From NCBI GenBank assembly GCA_002104905.1, contig MCFE01000728.1:1-41760 (forward strand): a stretch of 41,760 bases of DNA. The letters run 5' to 3'. Position 1 is the stretch's first letter. Each line of letters begins with the position of its first letter. This DNA comes from Basidiobolus meristosporus CBS 931.73 (taxonomy: Eukaryota; Fungi; Basidiobolomycota). Position numbers and translations under genes: made by a program. Positions 11,557-21,296 of the stretch are shown here, in pieces. Under the pieces are notes generated by a model. That model saw nothing but the letters and a program-made list of their open reading frames with translations. It was not told where the DNA came from and ran no database searches.

Positions 11557-11994
11557 CTCAGTCCTTGAACTTGTATTGATGGATATACATATTAATGTTG
11601 ATTAGAGCCTTTGAGAATTACTTAGGGTAGCAGATACTCTGTAATATATTGCCAATTCTTTCAAGTTTCAATAGTATCTCAAAGCGCTTGTTTAGCGTGA
11701 AATGCCCCATGTAAAATGGTCATCAGTATAGGGATCTTGTTGAAAAGCGAATTATTGCTCCCAGTGGAAAGCTTTTGCTCAAACAGATATCCTCTATATT
11801 AAGTATTTCCAGTTTTCAATTAATTCCATATTCTGGCCAATGGCTTATAGCCTGCCAACTTGACTGCATTTGCATGCTTACTTCTGTATGTTCACTTTGC
11901 AGGAAGATGATATTCTTAGTGTTGGTATTTGGGTAATAATAATGTGTGTGAATTATGGAGTCAATCCCCTGGATCTCACACATTTGAGAGCATA

Positions 11995-12243
11995 ACCACA
12001 TGAAAAATAATTTGGTCCCATAAGTGGATCCAGTCCAGATCAGCCATCAGGATCCTGTTTAGAGACCATCATGATACCAGTAGCTTGGAATTAGTGACCC
12101 TCCTAGCAATCCTATGACAGGATCATGACGGTATTTTGCTAATTTTACATCCAAATAAAGGCATAAAACTTGACAATATTTTATTAGTGCTGTGACAATA
12201 TTTATATGGTATTGTTGAGGTCTTTTAGCACTCTATAGCTATT
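11995..12243. repeat. Repeat F unit interrupted by the DNA transposon (continues at 15933-16204)
   Basis: Joining the flanks (...ATAGCT-ATT-TTAAGTGGATC...) restores colinearity with 10850-10910. Confidence 0.7.
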
Positions 12244-12780
12244 AGACTTGTTCCGTTGGATAGTGCCATATAGTGCCCCCCTGTTTGAAGTGCCAGATCA
12301 ATCTGGCACTCTACGGCACTATCTGGCACTATAATTTCTACCATGATGCCAGTGGTATGATACAGTTACTGGTAATTTTACTCAATCTTATTTGTGTTTC
12401 TCAGAATAGTGCTTTCCTTGCTTCATTTACTCTTCATAATGCTCCAGACACATTTCTCTCAGTGGATGTCTTCTTGTATGAGCATACTGTGCATTAATAA
12501 GTATCTTAATTATTAGACTTGTTCTGTTGGATAGTGCCACATAGTGCCAGCCTGTTTATGGTGCCAGTTTGATCTGGCACTCTACGTCACTATCTGGCAC
12601 TATAATTTCTACCATGATGCCTGTGGTATGATACAGCTACTGGTAATTTTACTCAATCTTACTTATGTTGCTCAGAATAGTGCTTTCCTTGCTTTATTTA
12701 CTCTTCATAATGCTCCAGACACATTTCTCTCAGTGGATATCTTCTTGTATGAACATACTGTGCATTAATAAGTATCTTAA
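12240..12780. repeat. 271-bp tandem duplication of the transposon left end
   Basis: Units 12240-12509 and 12511-12780 differ at about 19 positions (~93% identity); each begins TATT-AGACTTGTTC. Confidence 0.92.
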
Positions 12781-13582
12781 CTATTTTACATATTCTGCTG
12801 TTTTCTCCTATATATGACTTTCCTCTGTATTTACCTGCCAATATGCTGAATCTCTTCAGATATCCAAATGTGTGCTCTACCCTTACTCTGAAATGATTAA
12901 ATATCTCATTGTAGAGCTTCTGCTTCCTGCTAAGTACACCATTGCTTGGCTTCCTATAAGCTGTAATACATCCTAATCTCTGACAATCCTCTCCTATGTA
13001 AGCTAAGTCTGCAATACATTTCTCCCCTCTACTGAATTCAGGATGATTCTCTACCCAGAGTGCTTTGTCATGCCTACTTCCAGCAAATGGCCCACTAAAC
13101 CAGATGATGTTACCCTCAATGTCAGACAGTGCTTGAAACTTCACACAGTGTGCCTTGTACTTGCCAGAATAAAAGTGTCTCTGCCCTCTAGAAGGTCTGT
13201 TAATCCTCACTGGGAAGGTATCCAAAATACTCCTGATATGGAACCTGTTGCTGAACACTCTGGGATATGGAAGTCTATTGGAGCTTCTGAACCTAGTATT
13301 CCAAGCTTGCTCTAAGTCATTCATACCCTCTGCAAGGTGGTTCTCCATTGCTGTCAGCTGGGAATGAAAGCTTCTAGGACTTTTGTTGCCATGGATGGTG
13401 GGATGAAACCTTGTAGGGCAATAGTTCTTGTAATAGAAGAGAAGCTTGACAAGGGATCTCCTTGAGAAGATTGGGGTTGATGGTCCACAGTACTTGGAAT
13501 AGATCTCCTCTAGTGTGTCAAAAGGAAATCCAGTGGTAGTGATGGGATTGATGAGAAAAGACCATTCAGATGAGTAAGTCAT
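12698..13582 (-). CDS. DDE transposase, DDE_Tnp_4 / Harbinger-IS5-like (294 aa from ATG)
   Basis: Motifs ILDTFPVRINRP, YSGKYKAH..KFQ...D..G.I, GSRHD, IADLAYIG, and YNE...RVRVEHTFGYLKRF; uninterrupted; lies inside the TIRs. Confidence 0.92.
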   Translation of the reverse strand: MTYSSEWSFLINPITTTGFPFDTLEEIYSKYCGPSTPIFSRRSLVKLLFYYKNYCPTRFHPTIHGNKSPRSFHSQLTAMENHLAEGMNDLEQAWNTRFRSSNRLPYPRVFSNRFHIRSILDTFPVRINRPSRGQRHFYSGKYKAHCVKFQALSDIEGNIIWFSGPFAGSRHDKALWVENHPEFSRGEKCIADLAYIGEDCQRLGCITAYRKPSNGVLSRKQKLYNEIFNHFRVRVEHTFGYLKRFSILAGKYRGKSYIGENSRICKIVKILINAQYVHTRRYPLREMCLEHYEE

Positions 13583-13941
13583 ATTAAAATTGGTGGATGA
13601 TTGTATAAAGGTGGTTTGAATCAATTTGGCGCAATCCGCCTTATTTATCTGATTTTTAATACATTATGGTTAAATCTCCATCAATTGCCACGTATCCCAT
13701 CATTATGTTGCAAAAATCATCCGCAAACAATGCCTTGATACTTTTATTGATGCTTTAATCTTAGGTCTATAATCAAATAGGAAATCTGCAATTGATGTGA
13801 TCTGATCCGTGTCAACACAATCCAAGATGCATCATGCATCATATATGGAGATTTCAACAATCACATTAGTTTTCATATATATTTCATATAAGACCAGGTT
13901 GATGTCAATATACTGCTGTATAAGTATCCAAATCCGTTGCT

Positions 13942-15189
13942 ATGGTCCCCATACCAAGCCTCAACTCATCTTTAGTACAACCCAGACAAAACCCATCCCC
14001 CAGCTCACAAGCGCAGTCCGGACCGGAAAAGTCAATGTCGGATCCGTTCAAATTCTTGCCAAATGATTTTAGTATGGCCCAAGTGTCTATGATGAGCCTT
14101 CATACAGATATTTGGGCACTACTGATTAGTCTAGCAGAACTAGATACCTCAGAGAGTCGACAAAGATGGAAGAATTTGAGTAGAAAGCTGTGGCATGAGT
14201 TCTACATCAAGATGCCAGCCAATGTATGTAAAAGGATATATAACAAGACAAGTATTGAAATCAAGAATGAGCTGAGAGTGAGGGGATTTGACAAAGAAGC
14301 TGCGCGGGAGCAATTTTGCGCGCAATTTGCACAGTACGGGCCGGACACGTCCGTTCGTGCCTCAACTTTGGGAACTAAAGAGATTTTGAATGAGTTTTTG
14401 CCTCAAATGACTAATGTACTACGTGATATATTAGTAGAGCTAGGTGGCTTCCAAGAGCAATATACACAGGACTCATCCAGGCAACAGGTCCAAAGTATCA
14501 GACAGAGGGTAAGTGAATACCTTGAGGAATCAGATGGTGAGCTTCAGGAGGAAAAATACAGACCGCGAGCAACATCATCCAGATCGCGCCAGCACGCCTT
14601 GCTGGATTCCCTACCATCTCTTGCAACCACAGCGCGCTGGCGCACGTCAGTCCAGAGCACGCCAACACCCTTTACCGGAACGCCCCTCCTTGAGTCAACA
14701 CGCGTTGGGTCAACGCGCGCGCTTCAGAGCAAAACTACAAGAACTCGCCAAACTGCTCATTTAGACACAAGTCCGTTGGAGCGGACCAAGTTGCGTCAAC
14801 TTGCAGCATCACATCAAACTCAGCCAAGGGCCATCTCAACGCGTCAAGGTGCGCCTGCGCGTGCCGTTTTGCCTGACCATCAGCTAGTTACTTCTGGTGA
14901 ACTGACTGATGATGACCAACATGAAGTGCCTCAACCACCGGAGCCCTTGGCAAGTAAAAGAAAGCGTCAGCGCGTGGCACTACAGGCCGGTTCTGTTGGT
15001 TCAGTTGGAGCAATTCAGCGCGGCCAAGCTGTAGCATCGCACTCATCAACTAGGAGGCAAAATACTGACTACAAATACACAAGTAGCCAAGATGATAGTC
15101 AGCCAGGAAGTAGTATAGGTGTGCAAAGTGAGTCACTACCAAATGCTTCAGTAGTAATCCCTGTGAGAAAAAAACCCAGGAGAAGATGA
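13942..15189 (+). CDS. Transposon accessory protein (415 aa); putative DNA-binding N-terminus and low-complexity S/T/R/Q-rich C-terminus
   Basis: Long uninterrupted ORF inside the TIRs, divergent from the transposase; IWALLISLAELDTSESRQRWKNLSRK resembles Myb/MADF helices; ends in the basic motif RKKPRRR (NLS-like). Confidence 0.75.
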   Translation: MVPIPSLNSSLVQPRQNPSPSSQAQSGPEKSMSDPFKFLPNDFSMAQVSMMSLHTDIWALLISLAELDTSESRQRWKNLSRKLWHEFYIKMPANVCKRIYNKTSIEIKNELRVRGFDKEAAREQFCAQFAQYGPDTSVRASTLGTKEILNEFLPQMTNVLRDILVELGGFQEQYTQDSSRQQVQSIRQRVSEYLEESDGELQEEKYRPRATSSRSRQHALLDSLPSLATTARWRTSVQSTPTPFTGTPLLESTRVGSTRALQSKTTRTRQTAHLDTSPLERTKLRQLAASHQTQPRAISTRQGAPARAVLPDHQLVTSGELTDDDQHEVPQPPEPLASKRKRQRVALQAGSVGSVGAIQRGQAVASHSSTRRQNTDYKYTSSQDDSQPGSSIGVQSESLPNASVVIPVRKKPRRR

Positions 15190-16204
15190 TGCAATTGCTT
15201 TGAATTGCTCACATTTGTAATGATCCCAACAACCCTTTTTTTTCGCAAACCAAATTGAGCCGTTGCAAATCAGTGATCATCAAATTTTTGATATAAGTAA
15301 TATCAAGGTCGTCTCACATTTGAGACAGAACCCCTATAAATAAACACCCTGCATATATATACGTCATCTGTAATACCAGTGCAGCTATTGGATCTGTTTT
15401 GCACCTACACGATTGCTTGCGTGCTGGCTATGACACCTTGTCCAATCACTAGGATCAGGGATTTACTTGCTCAATGAGCAAAATGGGATATTTGATGGCG
15501 AATCAGGTAGCTTTTTTAGTAGTCAATGAGCCAATTGGGGGCTGCCAGCTTCAGGATACTTTTGGACCAATTAACCACTGAGATACCGTCCAATTGGAGT
15601 GAGGGTAACCAAAATGGTAAGTATTAGTGTAGTTTATAGTGTGATACACATTTATTTCCATTTGCATTAAAGAAACATATCCAAATACCGGATTTTACCT
15701 GCCATAATAGCGGTATCCAATCGCGCACGTGATGCAAACATTACGAGTTGGCGCGATCATCCATTCCAACCTCATCGTGTCAGATTGTGCCATAGTGTGC
15801 AAGATTGTCCCGCATAGTGCAAAATCGTCCAGGATTGATCCTTCCTTCTGGTAGCTATAATATTGCGCCCAATCGTTCTTTACAACCACGGATTGCGCCG
15901 CACGCCCTGGCACGGTACAATGGAACAAGTCTATTTTAAGTGGATCCAGTTGGCCAGGACATCCAATTGCCTTATATGGCAAGAAACATGACAGTATTTT
16001 GACAGCCTCACAGCAAGACTCTGATGGCATTATATTGGCAGTATGACAGCCTACTACAGGTTCTGTATAATGCCGCTGTACCAATTTACCAAATGGTATT
16101 TTCTATTTCTACCTTCCCCTGTGCAATCATATATTCCACTGTAGAATCACCCCTCTTTATTTGCTTACCCACTACTACCTTGGGTATTCCACATATAGTT
16201 CAGA

Positions 16205-16523
16205 TCAAAAAAAACTATGACAGACATTATTTGCTGTTTTTGCTCTTGAGCATTGAATTAGCAATTTGTCTTTAACATTAAGGCAGATGCAGTTAAAGGC
16301 ACTTTGTTCTTTCTTCTGGTACTTTAAGGCTTCCTCTCCCATGTTTTTAGGAGGGCATTCTTCTCCCATGACAATATTCCAAGGGACTCTTTCTTGTAGC
16401 AGCATCTTCATCTTCACCTTCTACACTTGGTAGTTAGAGCCATCCAACTTTTCAGCAGAGGGGGAAATTCCAGTAATAGCAGTAGTAGACATTGCAGAGA
16501 GTGACAGCTTGGGGCTCATAACC
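16205..16523 (-). pseudogene. Copia family E 5' internal fragment: PBS plus gag N-terminus
   Basis: GGTTATGAGCCC (16523-16512) directly follows the LTR; translation KLDGSNYQV*KVKMKMLL...WNIVMGEE is a Copia gag signature. Confidence 0.82.
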
Positions 16524-16872
16524 TGTTGTAAGAGTCTTGGAGATATTGGAAGTGATTTGGAGGACAAGTAGATTATGTGGTTTTCACTTAATGATTTATT
16601 GAATGTAAAAGTAATATTTATACTTTTACCTGGTCTTGGCATTACAAACATGTAGAATAGGTTAAGGAAGGTCCCAAGAGCATGTGTGCAAAGTTTGGGG
16701 CTGTTTGGACAGCTTTGAGAATTTTCATGTTCTGGGTACCTGGTATTTTGGTGAAAGTATTCTAAGTAAATCCGGACAAGGAATTTGGTCAGTATTCTCT
16801 AGGATTTGAAGGTAATGATCTAAGTGACTAAGCTAGGTGAATATTTAGGTGGAAATATGAGTTCTTACAACA
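16524..16872 (-). repeat. 5' LTR of a Copia family E element
   Basis: Reverse copy of 1039-1387, followed (in its own sense) by PBS and gag; abuts the C2 integrase at GPFK. Confidence 0.87.
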
Positions 16873-19800
16873 CTTGAATGGTCCTGTCCATTGTGGCTCA
16901 AACTTCTTCCAAGTGATGTTTCTTAGCAATACAAAGTTCCCAACTGGTAATGCTTCTGGTGCTATAGTCTTATCAATTCTCTGCTTCATCTTTTCTGCAC
17001 TTTGAGATACTTTTGTCTGTGCCTCTTGATGTCTTTGTTGCAGTTGCTGGTGCCTACTTGGCTGACTGAGTTCATCATCTAAGGTGTCTGTAAGCTTTGG
17101 TTGTGTGAGATCTCCTGGAATCCTTGGTTCACATCCATACACTAAGTAAAATGGCAATTGCTGGGTGGTGTTGTGTACTCTGACTGTGCATGCAAAGAGT
17201 GCTTAGTCTATATCCTCATCCCATCTATTGACAACTACATTTGCATACTTGGTCAGCATTCTTCCAAAAAATACATTAAACTGTTCAATGACTCCATTAG
17301 TTCTAGGGTGATATGCCAAGGTTTTCAAGTGTCTGGTGTGCTGCATTTCCAGGCAAGCTTCCAATGTCTTGGTCATAAAGTTTGCACCTCTATTGGATAG
17401 AATCTCTACATGGCATCCAAACTTCATAAGGATCTCATGGTATATGAAACTTGAAATTTATTGTTCACTGGCTATAGGTACAGCTTTAGCCACTGGCCAT
17501 TTAGTGGCACGGTCAATAGCTACTAGGATCCAACAGTTGCATTTGCTGGTAGTTGGCAGTCTTCCAATAAAGTCAATTCCCCATCTTTCAAGTGGTCTTA
17601 CAGGCTCCAAGGGAAAGATCTCAGCAATTCTCTGTGGTTGGCCTTAGTTGATTTGGCAATTTGGGCATGTTTTCACTAGCTTCTCAATGTCTTGTTTCAT
17701 TCTGGGCCACCATGCTCTGGCTTTTGCAAGGCTATAGGTCCCTTCAATTCCAAGATGTCCATATCCATTGTGTAGCTTATGTATTAAATCCAGGCAAGAA
17801 GCATAAGGGCAATAGGCAATAGGGCTTCCATCAACAATTTGGTAGAGTGTTTCATCCAATACTACAAATTTGCTGGCTTCATCCTGGATTATCTTCTTGA
17901 TATCTTCATCCACCTCATTAGGAATGGCTTGGTCCTCCAAGTACTTTGGTAATAGGTTAGGCCAATTGGATTCATGCACCAACTTGAGTTGTGCAACTTG
18001 ATCTAATCTTGATAAGGCATCAGCAACCATATTGTTTTTTCTAGGGCAGTTGACCATCTCCAAGTCATATTGCTGAATGTATTCACTCTATCTTGTCATT
18101 CTTCTGGTGAGTACCTTCTGAGTAAATATATACTTGAGGGAGGCATGATCAGTCTTCACAGTGCATTTGACTCCTGCAATATAGCATCTCCATGTCTTCA
18201 AACAGTGTATTATAGCAAGCATCTCCTTCTCATGGACTGGATAGTTTTGTTCAGCTAAGTTCAGTTTCTTGGACTCAAAGACAACAGGGTAGTCCTTTCC
18301 CTTGTGTTCATGGCTCAACACTCCACCAATTGCATAATCTGAAGCATCTGTGCACAGAGTAAACTCTTTTCTGAAGTCAGGTATTCTTAAGCTTGGCAGC
18401 TTAGTAAGTTCATTCTTGAGCATCTGGAAGGCAGTCTCACAAGCTATGTCCCACTTGTAGGTATTGTCTTTCTTGAGGATATCAGTTAAAGGGGCTGCAA
18501 TACTTGCAAAAGACTTGACAAATCTCCAATAATAGCAAACCATTCTAAGGAACTATCTGAGCTCTGATATGTTATGGGGCTGCTTCAGATTCTTAATTAC
18601 TTTCACCTTTTTAGGGTCTGAGGTTACTCCTGTACTAGTCACTATGTGTCCCAGATATTCAATGTGTTCCTTGAAGAATTCACACTTGGGTAGCCTGCCA
18701 TAAAGCTTGCTCTCTCTTAGCTTTGGCAAGACCTTTTCAATGTGCACTGACATGTACTCATGCAATGCTCCTGAGTCAAATATGATCTTGGCCGGTACTC
18801 CATTGATTACTCCATTCAAGTATAATAGCTTTCCTGAGTTTGAGGTCATCTGGAATAGGTATTCTTCTATCATGTGGAAGGTGAGTTCTGAGTCTTCTTC
18901 AAGTTCATCCTCCATGTTACTATGTTCCATGGCCTGAATGCAGTGTGGTGGTGTATAGGTCCAAGGGAGAGATACATCCAACACTTCTCAAGTGTTTTGT
19001 GTGTGGGGTGTTCACTGGGTGCGATAACCTCTGGCAAAAGCTTGCTAGGAATACTTGGGTTCTGTCTCTAATCTAATGTGAAGGGGAATAAAGCCACAAG
19101 CTTGTCAAGGGAAAACTATTGAGCTACAATCCCCAACTTAGTTGGTGTCCTAACAAAAGTATGTGCTGGGTTCAGCATCCTTTAAGATGACAATGTACTA
19201 AAGCTTCCAAAGTCAAAACAACTGTAAACTCCACCAGCAGGGACTTGATAAGAATGCAGCTGTGGTCAATAGTTACAAAGACAGAAAAGTATCTTTGCCT
19301 GTACAAGAACAAACTTGGGAAAGAATCAAATATAATAAAAGATACCTACTCTGAGTATTCCTCACAAGTAGTGCCTCCAAGGTCAGTTGGCTGTCAGCGC
19401 GGTTTCCTGGGAGTGTCCTGTGGTCTGGGGTTGGAAGTTCAGGTAGCAGCAGGTAGCAGTGATCACACTAATCAACAAGTCGGTATATTGATAAAAGTGA
19501 TGATGATTTATTGTTGAGGGATAGCCTCCCTTATATACTTTTCTCACTGGCTAAGTGATTACTAATCATGGTGTTCCAGAAGGTTCCGGAGATCAATAGA
19601 AATCTTAGTGACATCAGAATGACCTAAGAATGTTCTAAGTAGGTGCCGGAAGGTTGTAAGAGGCACAGCACATCCAACCAATCAGGAATCAGTATTCTGA
19701 AACCTGTGTAACATGGGGATACCATATATGGTATGGAAATGGGAGGGATGGTGACATGGGCTGATCATGTGTCACGGGTACTGGCGCGGGTACTTGCCTA

Positions 19801-21264
19801 ATATAGAAGTACTTATAGCTAGTAATCTTACATAAAGTGAGGGGTAACTTATGCAATAAGGTAAGCAGGTGTGATAGTCAACCAGCTTATGGGATAGTAC
19901 TGATTGGGTAAGACAAATGGGATAAAACTAAAATAAGTGTAGTAGAGATATAGGGAAGTAGAAAATAAGGGAATGAGCACATCTGTCAGTGGGTGTCACT
20001 GTCACCCCACTACAACGGTTAAAGGTTCTTGATGGCTGGTGTCCATTTCTTCTCTGAGGGCAGTACTTTGCAATATGTCCTTGCTGGTGGCAATTGAAGC
20101 AAAGTCCTTTCTTCCTACATTCTTCTGAGGTAGGATTCTTCTGCATAGCCTCTATTTCCATTGGCACTGCTTCTGATTGTCTTTGTTCATAGTGATTGTA
20201 GCCTCTCTGATTAGTCATTGTGGGCTTCCCAACTCCAAACATAGCTGAGTCATAGTCAATGACAATCTTGATGGCTTCTTTAATAGTCTGGGGTCTTTAA
20301 TAATTCACTTCCTTACAAGTTCTTTTGTTCAACCCATCAATAAAGTATTCAACTTGATCCAGAAAGCCCATTCCTTCAATTGCCCAAGCAGACATCTATA
20401 TTCATAAATGTACTCTTGGACCATTCTTTTTGTCTGAGTGTCTTCAACTTTCTTCTTAGTATTTTCTGTTGGTGTGGGGGCTCAAAGGCATCCTGAATTT
20501 CCAACACAAACTCATCCCAGGTAGAGATTGTAGAGCATCCCATCATGGTGGCTGACCTGATCTTGTTGCGGTACTACTGCATAGCTGCATCTGCCAGGTA
20601 AGAGGCTGCATAATGTAACTTGCTTTCTGGAGTAATTCCTTTAGCCTTGTAAGCTTCTTCAATCTGGAAGAGCCAAGTTCCCAGGTTTTCATTGACTCTA
20701 CTATGGTACCGGTTGACCTTCACAATAAAGTTGCTCTTGACAGGGTTTTGCTGGCTTTGAGCCATGGTAGCCATTCCTTGTTGCTGCTGGGCCAGAATTT
20801 GTTGCATAGCATTCTTCCATTCTTGTTTTTCCGACATCTTGAGGGAGGCTTCTTCTTTCTTTAGGAGGGATGTCTCCGGTTATTGCTGCTACCAATGTTA
20901 AAAGTCTTGGTATAAGAATTGCAGAGGAATAGGGAGTTGAGCTAGTATTGTATTCACTAAAACTTGAACTGATCTTTATTAAGATTCCAGCAGCTCCTTA
21001 TATACATTTTGCCAGATCAATTGCTGACTAATTGTATTTCCTAATGTAGGCTGTGGCTGATGACTCATTTGATTGCATCATCATCACCCAATTGGATCCT
21101 ACCTAATATTTCTATTTCTGTCTGATAAGGATCTGCTGATTCCTTTGCTGACTAATGTTACTGATTTGATGGATAATACTGATATACTGATAACCTAAGC
21201 AAGCAACTAGTTGATTCAACTAAAAACTGATCTAACTTAAATATTCAAGCGGCAGATCATAACA
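16873..21264 (-). mobile_element. Decayed Gypsy family C element (C2): 5' LTR 20896-21264, PBS, gag, partial PR, RT end, RH, IN; 3' end missing
   Basis: LTR matches 31712-32078; PBS TGGTAGCAGC (20894-20885); CFNCHQQGHIAKYC knuckle; LCTDASDYAIG; CPNCQ; many stops; internal deletion joins PR to the end of RT; interrupted by solo LTR B1. Confidence 0.9.
18944..20014 (-). repeat. Solo LTR of Gypsy family B (B1, 1071 bp)
   Basis: TG...CA; near-identical to 38626-39697; flanks GCAG/ACGG; removing 4 bp restores the host frame (FNRIQAME). Confidence 0.92.
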
Positions 21265-21296
21265 AATAATTAGGTGGACTCCTAACTATTTTAAAA
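21265..21296 (-). repeat. Remnant of a family D LTR start, target of C2
   Basis: Reverse complement of the first ~32 bp of 33636-33984. Confidence 0.7.

Larger units (their letters stand above)
12244..15932. mobile_element. Apparently intact two-ORF DNA transposon of the PIF/Harbinger-ISL2EU (PHIS) group
   Basis: TIRs AGACTTGTTCCGTTG (12244-12258) and CAATGGAACAAGTCT (15918-15932), 14/15 match; 3-bp TSD ATT (12241-12243, 15933-15935); host repeat continuous across the site; DDE transposase plus a divergent second ORF. Confidence 0.9.

Noticed and set aside
12259-12610. Short GGCACT repeats as a CRISPR-like array
   Set aside because: The motifs are 6-9 bp, occur in both orientations, have no unique spacers, lie within transposon subtermini, and there are no cas genes in this eukaryotic context.
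13043-13315. Antisense ORF within the transposase; similar antisense ORFs within gag/pol
   Set aside because: Expected shadow ORFs of coding sequence with no independent evidence.
13942-15189. ORF2 as a Fanzor/TnpB nuclease or a captured host gene
   Set aside because: No RuvC or zinc-finger motifs are visible, most of the C-terminus is low complexity, and its start is conserved in the second transposon copy.
12243-15933. TA target duplication (Tc1/mariner-like reading of the termini)
   Set aside because: The transposase is DDE_Tnp_4-like, ATT is duplicated and restores the host repeat, and the related terminus at 30909 ends GTCT-T rather than GTC-TA.
19245-19517. 90-aa ORF MIRMQLWSIV... present three times (also 23953-24225 and 38927-39199), resembling a gene family
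   Set aside because: All copies lie inside family B LTRs, antisense to the element, with a non-ATG start. The repetition is explained by the LTR copies.
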